Part shown: piece after piece, positions 26,000 to 34,461 of the stretch | Position numbering within the stretch: position 1 is the first letter of the stretch | Layout of the letters: each line of letters opens with the position of its first letter | NCBI GenBank assembly: GCA_038215455.1 | Contig: JBBQQW010000001.1 | Span: 1-55,564 of the forward strand | DNA from: Armatimonadota bacterium | Lineage (GTDB): Bacteria > Armatimonadota > Hebobacteria > CAIYQO01 | Reading direction: 5' to 3' | Length of the DNA stretch: 55,564 nucleotides | Made by a program: the position numbers and the translations under genes | The notes under the pieces: model-generated | Told to the model about the DNA's origin: nothing | The model's database searches: none | The model's input: the letters and a program-made list of their open reading frames with translations, nothing else

Positions 26000-28360
26000 A
26001 TGAGAGCACTATACTTGCTGCTAATTACACTATTGTTGGCGACGATCGTCATGGCAGTACCACCGACTGATAATGCGGTCGAGAGTAACTACAGTGGTGT
26101 GGAAGGATACCCGCAATGGACAAATGCAGTAAACTGGGCAAATGTCATTGATATGTCCACCTTCGCCAAGGGGAAAACGAATTTCGAGAAATTCGAGAAT
26201 GCGCGCGATGAAGTAGCGGTGAAGGGTGGGGGCGTACTCTACTACCCCGCCGGTATCTATGATTTCTCTGAAGGCCCGTTCTCCGGCCCCAATGGACGTG
26301 GCCTGATGCTGCGCTCCGGCGTGGTGATCCGTGGTGCTGCCCCGGTAGGAAAAGTCGACTCGTACAATGGCACTCTCGACCTGCCCACCAAATTCGTCTT
26401 CGGCTTTGACAAGCATGACGATGTCGCGCTGGATACCGGCACACGGGCGCGCTTCCTGCTCCGTGGTGGCATGAAAGCAGGATCCTTTAACGATGACCTG
26501 GTCGTAAGCATTGCAACAGCCGGGAATAAGATCGGCACCGAAGCAATAGGCTTCATGGCTAATAACCCGGAGTTAAAGCTGACCGGAACTGCTGAAACGA
26601 AAGAGATGCTTGCAGAGAAGAATGCGGATGGCGTTGCAGTACCTGTTACGGTTATTGAAGTAAAACTACAACTGCCCAAAGGCGCGAATAACCTGGAAGC
26701 GAATGTTACCTGTACCATTACTCTTAAAAACACTGCGGATGGGTACGCTGGTGACTATACAGGTAAACTAGATGGGAAAGATATCAAGGGAACAGCTGAG
26801 GGTAAGATCAGCGCCATCAAGGCAGAGACCCCGAAAGACTGGAATATCATCGGCCTGTGCCCGGAAAAAGATGGACGAATTAAGGACGTGAATAACGTCG
26901 GCATCGTCAATGTCAGCCTGGAAGGCGCGACGGTGTACTTCGGCCCAGACGTAAACTGGGGCGCGACCTGGCGCACTGCCGGATCATGGAAAAGCAACTA
27001 CATCAAAGACAGTTGGGCAGATCGAGTCCCCGACGGCACCCACCCGACTGATGCCTTCAATGGCGGCGGTAAGGAGCTGATAGGCTCGGGAACCGGCAGG
27101 CTGGTGGTCGGCTGCTACTTCAAGGATGCTGCGGTGATGAATAACAGCATGACCTGCGGGGTTGCTGGTTTCAGTGCCTCACCAGAACATGCCAAGGGAT
27201 TCGGCGTTGATGGCTTCTATATGGCGAAGTTCCCCGGACGCGTCTCCGTATATGGGAAAAACATACTGGTTGCCGCCAATGTACTCTCTAAATCAGAAGG
27301 TCGTAATTTTGTCTACGCACAGACCACTACCCGCAATGAATCGCGCAAAGGTACCTTCGCATATTTAGGCCTGCGCAAGAGTCGTGTACTCTTTGATTAC
27401 AACAAAACCTGCGGCATTGATATCAATAAAGAGATGCTCGGGCTGACAAAGGCAGAGGCCACCAGTGAAGGCTCTGCCGGATTCTTCGCCGAGAACGTAG
27501 TCGTCCGCGATAACTACGTCTACAATAACGGGCATAAGGGATTCAATATCTCCGGTAAATGGCTGACGATTCAGCATAACCGCAACCAGCGTGATTTCCT
27601 GGATGCCGGTAAGGACAGCTACGGCATCTACGGCTGGCGCTTGACGCTGGATGGCTTCACAGAAGCAAACGGCGGTGGCTCGGGGACTATCTCGGACAAT
27701 CTGTCCCGCGCCTTTGACCTCGGCGGGCAGAACGTCTGGATCGATAAGAACTACTACATCAATACCGGCTCCAACCCCGGCAATGACGGCGAAGGAATCC
27801 TTTGCCAGGCACACGGTGGCACCAATATGCTCTCCTGGGCGATGACGCGCAACGAGCATGAGAAGGGCCGTGGGCAGAATAGCTATATGGGTGGCTGGGA
27901 TGTCGATATCAAAGGCTTGCTTGCGGCCTGGAACAAAGACCCGTCGGGCGCGGTCGGCGAGACGAACGTGAGCAAACGTGCGATCATTGATTGTGCGGTG
28001 GTGGAAAATATCGAACGCGACCCGAAGAGCTGGAAAAAGCCCGAGATGCTGACCGTAACACCATTAGAATCACCCAAGGCACCGGTAGACGTGAAAGTAG
28101 CAGCCATTGAAGGTGCTGGGAATAAAATTAGCTGGACGGATGCCAGCGACAATGAGATCGGTTTCCGCGTGGATCGCACGCTGGATGGGGGAGCGACCTG
28201 GACACCCATCGCCTATCGCCCGCCACATATCGAGGGGACACCAGAGAACCCGCAGGAGTGGATGGACTACATGGCTCCCGCTGGAAAAGCATCTGCCTAC
28301 CGCGTTGTTGCCTGCGATGGCAAAGATAGCGATGCCGGTGCCAGTGCGCTGGTTAAATAA
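26000..28360 (+). CDS. secreted pectate-lyase-3/beta-helix protein with C-terminal FN3-like domain
   Basis: Signal peptide MRALYLLLITLLLATIVMA. FENARDEVAVKGGGVLYYPAGIYDF is a Pectate_lyase_3-type opening. Later beta-helix rungs appear (NVVVRDNYVYNNGHKGFNISG). The C-terminal part PVDVKVAAIEGAGNKISWTDASDNEIGFRVDRTLDGGATWTPIA is FN3-like. Confidence 0.6.
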   Translation: MRALYLLLITLLLATIVMAVPPTDNAVESNYSGVEGYPQWTNAVNWANVIDMSTFAKGKTNFEKFENARDEVAVKGGGVLYYPAGIYDFSEGPFSGPNGRGLMLRSGVVIRGAAPVGKVDSYNGTLDLPTKFVFGFDKHDDVALDTGTRARFLLRGGMKAGSFNDDLVVSIATAGNKIGTEAIGFMANNPELKLTGTAETKEMLAEKNADGVAVPVTVIEVKLQLPKGANNLEANVTCTITLKNTADGYAGDYTGKLDGKDIKGTAEGKISAIKAETPKDWNIIGLCPEKDGRIKDVNNVGIVNVSLEGATVYFGPDVNWGATWRTAGSWKSNYIKDSWADRVPDGTHPTDAFNGGGKELIGSGTGRLVVGCYFKDAAVMNNSMTCGVAGFSASPEHAKGFGVDGFYMAKFPGRVSVYGKNILVAANVLSKSEGRNFVYAQTTTRNESRKGTFAYLGLRKSRVLFDYNKTCGIDINKEMLGLTKAEATSEGSAGFFAENVVVRDNYVYNNGHKGFNISGKWLTIQHNRNQRDFLDAGKDSYGIYGWRLTLDGFTEANGGGSGTISDNLSRAFDLGGQNVWIDKNYYINTGSNPGNDGEGILCQAHGGTNMLSWAMTRNEHEKGRGQNSYMGGWDVDIKGLLAAWNKDPSGAVGETNVSKRAIIDCAVVENIERDPKSWKKPEMLTVTPLESPKAPVDVKVAAIEGAGNKISWTDASDNEIGFRVDRTLDGGATWTPIAYRPPHIEGTPENPQEWMDYMAPAGKASAYRVVACDGKDSDAGASALVK

Positions 28361-28401
28361 TCCGCGTATCTGTTGTTAATTTAGGACAAATAGTGAAAAT
28401 A

Positions 28402-28435
28402 GCGGTCGGAGACAGAAGGTTCTCCGGCCGCTTTG
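28402..28435 (+). terminator. probable intrinsic terminator after the beta-helix gene
   Basis: GCGGTCGGAGA-cagaaggt-TCTCCGGCCGC forms an 11-bp stem with one G-U pair. It is followed by TTTG. Confidence 0.55.
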
Positions 28436-28503
28436 TCGTATACTTATAGTAATTCACTCGGTGATTCGATTTCACCGGGCAATATTTTTGGAGGGGATTC
28501 ACA

Positions 28504-30252
28504 ATGAATAGATTTCTGCTGTTTTGTATGCTGGTGTTGATATCCATCAGCACCATGGTCACCGCCTTTGCGGCAGGCGAGGGTGGCACTATCGGTCGCC
28601 TGGGTGATGCCGGTGCCAACATCCGCCTGGCGCAAGAGTGGATGAAAATCGACGCGGGCCAGGACTCCTACACCGTTGAAGTTACTTACAAGTTCGTCAA
28701 CGAGACGAACGTGGAAACGCTGGTGAAGATGGCCTACCCGGAGAAAATTCGGATTGATGGTGACAAAAAGACGGAAGGCTTCAGCAATTTCGAGATGTCG
28801 ATCGGCGAATTGCCGGTGAAGGCAGTTCGCACTGACGTAAGCAAGGACAAAGCGGAGAAGGGCTATACGTCGAAATGCTGGGTCAAGAACGTGAACTTCC
28901 TCGGTAAGCAGACCCGCATGGTTGCGGTGAAGTATACGAGCAAATATGGCAGCAAGGATGGCCAGAATATGCTCGATTATCATTTCAGCGACAGTGGCTG
29001 GGCTGGTAACGTTGCAAGCAGTGAGCTTCTAGCGACGGTGAGTGCCCCAGGAGCATCAATTGTAAGCCCGGGACTGGAGATGAAACATGTCGAAAACAGG
29101 CTCTATAAAAAATGGACTGATTGGAAACCCAAGTTTGATCTGGCTATGACTGTTGTTCCGACATCGGCAGATGCGTTAATGGTAGTTGATGATGTAAAAA
29201 CGGACAGCTATTTGATCGTGAATGCCGGAAAGTCTGAAACGCATATTGCTCCGGCAGCAATGCAAAAAGCAGGCGTTGTCTATACTTCACTGGATAACTT
29301 CTCTGCACGCGCAATCAAATTCGCACAAAGTGAAAAGAATCCACCAGCAGGAAAAGTAACGATGGATTGGGCGACAAAGACCAATGCTGTTACTTTGAAT
29401 ATCTGGGGAACAACGTATGTATTCACCCCGGATAGTGATGTGGCGAAAGTTGACGCCGTTGATAGCAAAATGGATGGTAAAGCGCTGCTAATACCAGACC
29501 CGCAGAAGAAAGGCGAATCGCTGATGTATGTGCCTTTGTCTGCACTCAATAAACAGCTGGACGGGGCATATGAATATAAGAAAGATGCTAACACGGTAAA
29601 GTATTCGTTTAAAGCACACACGCCGGCAGTGACAGTTCCTGAAGTACCGCTAGTAAAACCGGTTGAAGTACCAGTGGTAACTCCAACAGAAGTACCGCCG
29701 GTAAAACCCATCGAAGTACCGGTAGTTGCCCCCGTAGATGTACCGCCAGTTATTCCAGTCGAGGTTCCCAAACCGCCGAAGGATGATCTCGCCGTTACGA
29801 ATCAGGTAACAATCAACACCGCAAAAGGTGATATCGTAATTGATCTGTACGGCAATGGAGCACCCAATACGGTGGCTAACTTTGTTAAGCTTGTCGACCT
29901 GGGCTTTTATGACGGGCTGACATTTCATCGGGTTGAGACAATGAATGGCTTTCAAATCATCCAGGGTGGCGACCCTAAAGGTGATGGTACGGGTGAGTCT
30001 GCTGATAGGGTGAAGCTGGAGATAAACCCGAAATTGAAACACTGGGAAGGTGCTATAGCAATGGCACGCTCAGCCGAACCAGATAGTGCCTCTTGTCAGT
30101 TCTATATCTGTAACTGCGCGATACCGCAGCTGGACGGCCTATATGCGGTATTCGGTAGAGTGTCGGCAGGTATGGATGTCGCCAAGAAAATCACCGCTGG
30201 TGACAAAATGATCAAAGTATCAATAGTGCCGCCTGTTGCTAAAGACAAATAG
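28504..30252 (+). CDS. secreted multidomain protein: DUF4424-like N-domain + copper-amine-oxidase-N-like stalk domain + Pro-rich linker + cyclophilin-type peptidyl-prolyl isomerase
   Basis: Signal peptide ...MVTAFA|AG. The N-domain is paralogous to the next two genes. The stalk-like segment is VTMDWATKTNAVTL...GESLMYVPLSALNKQLDGAYEYKKDANTVKYSF. The cyclophilin core is FHRVE..GFQIIQGGDPKGDGTGE...GAIAMAR......SCQFYI......LDGLYAVFGRV..GMDV. Confidence 0.7.
   Translation: MNRFLLFCMLVLISISTMVTAFAAGEGGTIGRLGDAGANIRLAQEWMKIDAGQDSYTVEVTYKFVNETNVETLVKMAYPEKIRIDGDKKTEGFSNFEMSIGELPVKAVRTDVSKDKAEKGYTSKCWVKNVNFLGKQTRMVAVKYTSKYGSKDGQNMLDYHFSDSGWAGNVASSELLATVSAPGASIVSPGLEMKHVENRLYKKWTDWKPKFDLAMTVVPTSADALMVVDDVKTDSYLIVNAGKSETHIAPAAMQKAGVVYTSLDNFSARAIKFAQSEKNPPAGKVTMDWATKTNAVTLNIWGTTYVFTPDSDVAKVDAVDSKMDGKALLIPDPQKKGESLMYVPLSALNKQLDGAYEYKKDANTVKYSFKAHTPAVTVPEVPLVKPVEVPVVTPTEVPPVKPIEVPVVAPVDVPPVIPVEVPKPPKDDLAVTNQVTINTAKGDIVIDLYGNGAPNTVANFVKLVDLGFYDGLTFHRVETMNGFQIIQGGDPKGDGTGESADRVKLEINPKLKHWEGAIAMARSAEPDSASCQFYICNCAIPQLDGLYAVFGRVSAGMDVAKKITAGDKMIKVSIVPPVAKDK
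29641..29784 (+). repeat. six tandem 24-nt (8-aa) units encoding an EVPxVxPx Pro-rich linker
   Basis: GA(A/T/G)GT(A/T)CC restarts exactly every 24 nt, at 29641, 29665, 29689, 29713, 29737 and 29761. The units encode EVPLVKPV, EVPVVTPT, EVPPVKPI, EVPVVAPV, DVPPVIPV and EVPKPPKD. Confidence 0.9.
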
Positions 30253-30284
30253 TTGAGAAGGTGCGGGATGTAAAGGAGTTTGCT

Positions 30285-31448
30285 ATGAGGAACCTATCAC
30301 TATTATTCATTGCACTGCTGGCTATAGCAAGTACGGCATGGGCGAATGATACAAGCGTAGTTGGCATCGGTGGTACTGTGAATCGCATGGGCGGTGAGGA
30401 TACCAACATTCGCATGGAGCAGGAGTGGGTGAATATTGACGTTAACGAGAAGAACTACACCGTAACTGCCACTTTTAAGTTCGTTAATGATTCTGACGCC
30501 GCGCAAACCGTCGAGATGGGCTTCCCGGAAAATGGTGGTGGTGATGGAGGAAGTGGAGATACGCCCGGATTCATTTCCTTCACCAGTAAAGTCGATAATG
30601 TCGCAGTATTGGTGGAACGAAAACTCCCGCGCTCGAAAAACTTGGACGGTGAAGGGTATCAAGCTTACTGGGTGAAGAAAGTAACCTTTCAACCTCGGCA
30701 GACTCATTGGGTGCAAGTAGAATATCTATCTAACAAAGGATTGGTATCTGCGTATCCACGTAATTTTATCATTTACAATTTCACTGGTGGCAATTGGAAA
30801 GGACTGGTGTCTTCTTCTGAGTTACTGGTCACTTTCCATAATCCAGGCATGTGGCTGGTGATGAGTCATGGTGTGGATTTTAAACAGAAGGAAAACCGAC
30901 TCTATCGTAAATGGGAGAACTGGCAAGCTGAATACGTGTTTAATGTTGATTTTGCACCGACAAAGCCGGACATACTAAATCGAACTTCCCGAAGTTACAG
31001 CGAAGATAAGCAATATAATTATGTTGTGAAGAATCCTGGAAATAGCGGACACGTCGAACAGAGGCCCGATGGATTATTACTCAATAACGTGGCATTTGTG
31101 GAACTAGACGATCTGGTTAGGGAATTAGGGGAAAAAAAAGATGACCAACCAATAAAGAAGGTAGTACAGGATTGGGATGGGAAAACGAATATTGTGACGC
31201 TGCGTGTTGACGATATTGAACTTACCTTTCAACCCGATAGCGACATCATGAAGAGAAAATCTCCGATAAATGTTAATGAGGTTCTGTCTGTTAAGTATAT
31301 AAAGCTACTGGGCAAAGTATTCCTGCTTGATGATGGATACAAAAAAGGGGAAAAGCTGATGTATGTACCAGTTGCGGATGTGGTGAAAGCACTGAATGGG
31401 AAATTTGAAGAGCATCTGGAAAACCTGACAATCGATTATTCTTTTTAA
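30285..31448 (+). CDS. secreted DUF4424-like + stalk-domain protein (paralogue 2)
   Basis: ATG 30285 (AAAGGAG 7 nt upstream) gives the signal peptide MRNLSLLFIALLAIASTAWA|ND. It shares NDTSVVGIGGTV..M......NIRMEQEWVNIDV....YTVTATFKFVND......VEMGFPE, ENRLYRKWENW and GEKLMYVPVADVVKAL with its neighbours. Confidence 0.65.
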   Translation: MRNLSLLFIALLAIASTAWANDTSVVGIGGTVNRMGGEDTNIRMEQEWVNIDVNEKNYTVTATFKFVNDSDAAQTVEMGFPENGGGDGGSGDTPGFISFTSKVDNVAVLVERKLPRSKNLDGEGYQAYWVKKVTFQPRQTHWVQVEYLSNKGLVSAYPRNFIIYNFTGGNWKGLVSSSELLVTFHNPGMWLVMSHGVDFKQKENRLYRKWENWQAEYVFNVDFAPTKPDILNRTSRSYSEDKQYNYVVKNPGNSGHVEQRPDGLLLNNVAFVELDDLVRELGEKKDDQPIKKVVQDWDGKTNIVTLRVDDIELTFQPDSDIMKRKSPINVNEVLSVKYIKLLGKVFLLDDGYKKGEKLMYVPVADVVKALNGKFEEHLENLTIDYSF

Positions 31449-31479
31449 TGTTGGCGATGAATGAATAAACGGAGGGAAG

Positions 31480-32718
31480 ATGATGAGATATATAGTGGTT
31501 ATCGCTGCTGCCGTGCTTTTTGCTCTATCAGCTACAGCGGAATTTGAAGTCGTAAAAATCGTCAATGGTACAGTAGATTATGCGAAGAGCGATGCTGTGA
31601 GATGCAATCATATCTGGATTGATGTCAACATAAAACCGACTGGGTATGAATGCGTGGAGACTATTGAGTTAGAGAATATTTCCGATGATTCCGCAACAAT
31701 CAAAGTGGGGAATAATCTTGGATATATTTCCAGCGATTACCTATATGTTGAGAGTGCATATTTAGTAGATAATGCAAAAGTTAAGGCCATTCCCATGCCT
31801 TACGGGGAATTACCTTATGTTCAAAATATGGACATCATAGATCTGAAGTTTACTCCCAAGGGGATAAAGTACCTGAAATCTGAATACACCATAAAAAACA
31901 ATACGATTCCCGGATATCCGATACATGATCTATATTTTTCAATGAATACTCGCGGATGGCAGAATGATTACGTGAATCTCGGGGGAATGCCTGACTATAT
32001 GAAACCTGCATCAGTGCCGATGCTACCGGCCTGTGAGGCTCTGGTGACAATAAATCTCCCTGGGACTACAATGATACAAACGACAATATTGGAAATGAAA
32101 CATGTTGAAAACCGACTCTATTATAAGTGGCCACAGTCAGACAAAAACTTGAATTTTTACCTGGATATTACCTATCAACCAGTAATCGCCGGGGAATTGC
32201 GGACAACTCTGATAAACATGAGAGAAGAAAAGCAAAGAATTTCCAACCCCAGTAATTTTCCAGTAGTGCGTGTACATAACATTGAAATAATCGAGAACCC
32301 CGGCAAAACGGTCCCGTCCTATGCGCCGGAGACTCTTCTCCGTGATGACGTAGTCTATACGAAGATTGAAGATCTGGCGGACAATATGCTGGCGTTGAAT
32401 CGCAAAGAGAAGGTAGCGTTGAAAATTAATGAGGCTATGACAAGTGCGGTATTGATGGCCGGTAATGATGTCTTTATCTTCAGTACGGGCAGCAAGGTTT
32501 CAAACAAAGATGGCGTTGAAATCACGCAGGCAGGTGCGCCGTTCTTACTTGACGATCCGTTCAATGTGGGCGAAAAAGTACTTTACGTCCCACTTTCTTC
32601 ATTGGTAGATTTTTATAAAGGGAAGCTGACGCTGACAAAAGAACGGGCGGAGGTGAGTTATTCATTACCGGACTGGGAACCCAAAGAAAAAGTGAAACTG
32701 AATGAGAAGATGCACTAG
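31480..32718 (+). CDS. secreted DUF4424-like + stalk-domain protein (paralogue 3, most divergent)
   Basis: Signal peptide MMRYIVVIAAAVLFALSATA|EF. It keeps MKHVENRLYYKW (P1: MKHVENRLYKKW) and the C-terminal GEKVLYVPLSSLVDFYKG...AEVSYSL stalk-type motif. Confidence 0.6.
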   Translation: MMRYIVVIAAAVLFALSATAEFEVVKIVNGTVDYAKSDAVRCNHIWIDVNIKPTGYECVETIELENISDDSATIKVGNNLGYISSDYLYVESAYLVDNAKVKAIPMPYGELPYVQNMDIIDLKFTPKGIKYLKSEYTIKNNTIPGYPIHDLYFSMNTRGWQNDYVNLGGMPDYMKPASVPMLPACEALVTINLPGTTMIQTTILEMKHVENRLYYKWPQSDKNLNFYLDITYQPVIAGELRTTLINMREEKQRISNPSNFPVVRVHNIEIIENPGKTVPSYAPETLLRDDVVYTKIEDLADNMLALNRKEKVALKINEAMTSAVLMAGNDVFIFSTGSKVSNKDGVEITQAGAPFLLDDPFNVGEKVLYVPLSSLVDFYKGKLTLTKERAEVSYSLPDWEPKEKVKLNEKMH

Positions 32719-32724
32719 AAATAT

Positions 32725-32750
32725 CTCCCTCGGTGTTGCCACCGAGGGAG
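32725..32750. terminator. 11-bp hairpin between convergent genes (possible bidirectional terminator)
   Basis: CTCCCTCGGTG-ttgc-CACCGAGGGAG lies between the stop of paralogue 3 (32718) and the stop of the acyl-CoA synthetase (32759). There is no strong U-tract on either side. Confidence 0.5.
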
Positions 32751-32758
32751 GGGTTCAT

Positions 32759-34420
32759 TTACTGTATCTCGTTATCGTTCTCGCGGATTTCCACCCGGCG
32801 GATTTTGCCGCTGATGGTTTTGGGTAGCTCGGTGACGAACTCGATGATGCGCGGGTATTTGTAGGGGGCGGTGACACGCTTCACGTGCTCCTGCAGTTCA
32901 TGCACCATCTCCGGGCCTGCTGTGTGTCCCTTGGTGAGGACGACGGTAGCCTTGATCACCTGCCCACGTACTGGGTCAGGTGCGCCGGTGATAGCACACT
33001 CCATCACCGCAGGATGCTCCAGCAGTGCACTCTCCACCTCAAAGGGGCCGACGCGGTAACCGCTGGTCTTGATGAGGTCATCAGCCCGCCCCACGAACCA
33101 GTAGTAGCCATCCTCATCGCGCCACGCCATGTCACCCGTGTAGTAGATGTCGTCATGCCAGACGCTGTTGGTAAGTTCATCGTCACGCATGTAGCCACAG
33201 AACATGCCCGGTGGCTTGCTCTCGGCAGTGTGGATGACAATCTGTCCTTCTTCACCGACCTCACAACTCTCGCCTTTGCTATTCAGCAGATCGATATCAT
33301 AGAGCGGCGACGGCTTGCCCATACTTCCCGGCTTTGGCTCTAACCATGGGTAGGTGGCCAATGATACTACCGTCTCAGTCTGCCCGAAACCCTCCATAAT
33401 GCGGATACCGGTGGCTTTAAGGAAAGCGTTGTAGATCTCGGGATTCATCGGTTCGCCCGCCACCACGCAGTATTTCAGACTGCTAAGGTCGTACTTGGTC
33501 AGGTCTTCCTTGATGAGGAAGCGGAAGATCGTCGGCGGGGCGCAGAAGGTCGTCAGTTTATACTTCGCCACCTTTTCCATCAGTTTCGGCGGATCAAATC
33601 TGTCGAAATCAAAGACGAATACCGCTGACTTGCACAGCCACTGCCCGTATATTTTGCCCCATACAGCCTTCGCCCATCCTGTCTCCGCCACGGTCAGGTG
33701 CAGGCCCCCCGGGATGACATTCTGCCAGTAGCCAGCGGTGATGATATGGCCCAGCGGGTAGGTGTAGTCATGCTGTACCATCTTCGGCAACCCGGTGGTA
33801 CCACTGGTGAAGTAGAGCAGCATGATGTCGTCATTAGCGGTGCCGGCATCTCCGGTGGGGCGGGGGAATTCAGCGCTGTAGTTATCAAGTTTATCATCCA
33901 GCGTCAGCCAGCCCGTGCGCTCATTATGCAGCACGATCTTGCGCTGCAGGGTGGGGCAGTCCGGCTCCGCATGTTCCACTGCATCCAGTACGCGCGGGTC
34001 ATCCACGGAGATGATCATTTTGATGTCGGCGGCATTGCAGCGGTAGGTGATATCCTTCTTTGTGAGCAGATGCGTTGCCGGGATGGCGACAGCGCCCAGC
34101 TTATGCAGCGCGAGGAAGGTGATCCAGAATTCATAGCGACGCTTGAGAATGAGCATCACCGCATCACCCTTGCCGATTCCTAACTCGCGCAGGTAATTGG
34201 CCGCGCAGTTGCTGGCGCGGGATAATTCGGCGAAAGTAAAGGTCTTCTCTTCCTCCGCCTCATTGCACCAGACTAGCGCGGTGCGCTCCGGGTCTTCCGC
34301 GGCAATTGCATCAACAACATCGAAGGCGAAATTGAAATTTGGCGGGACATTGATGCGAAAATTCTCTTTAAAGTCCTCATAACTGGCGAAAGTCGTACGA
34401 TTAACGTATTTCTCAAACAT
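32759..34420 (-). CDS. AMP-forming acyl-CoA synthetase (medium-chain/ACSM-like)
   Basis: AMP-binding signature LLYFTSGTTGLPKMV, YGQTE-type GFGQTET, the hinge motif TGD..W.DEDGY.WF.GR.DD.IK.SGYR, and the C-terminal PKT.SGKI.R. Confidence 0.9.
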   Translation of the reverse strand: MFEKYVNRTTFASYEDFKENFRINVPPNFNFAFDVVDAIAAEDPERTALVWCNEAEEEKTFTFAELSRASNCAANYLRELGIGKGDAVMLILKRRYEFWITFLALHKLGAVAIPATHLLTKKDITYRCNAADIKMIISVDDPRVLDAVEHAEPDCPTLQRKIVLHNERTGWLTLDDKLDNYSAEFPRPTGDAGTANDDIMLLYFTSGTTGLPKMVQHDYTYPLGHIITAGYWQNVIPGGLHLTVAETGWAKAVWGKIYGQWLCKSAVFVFDFDRFDPPKLMEKVAKYKLTTFCAPPTIFRFLIKEDLTKYDLSSLKYCVVAGEPMNPEIYNAFLKATGIRIMEGFGQTETVVSLATYPWLEPKPGSMGKPSPLYDIDLLNSKGESCEVGEEGQIVIHTAESKPPGMFCGYMRDDELTNSVWHDDIYYTGDMAWRDEDGYYWFVGRADDLIKTSGYRVGPFEVESALLEHPAVMECAITGAPDPVRGQVIKATVVLTKGHTAGPEMVHELQEHVKRVTAPYKYPRIIEFVTELPKTISGKIRRVEIRENDNEIQ

Positions 34421-34461
34421 TGTTATTCCTCGAAACCGCGTAATAGTAACGCGGAATAGTC

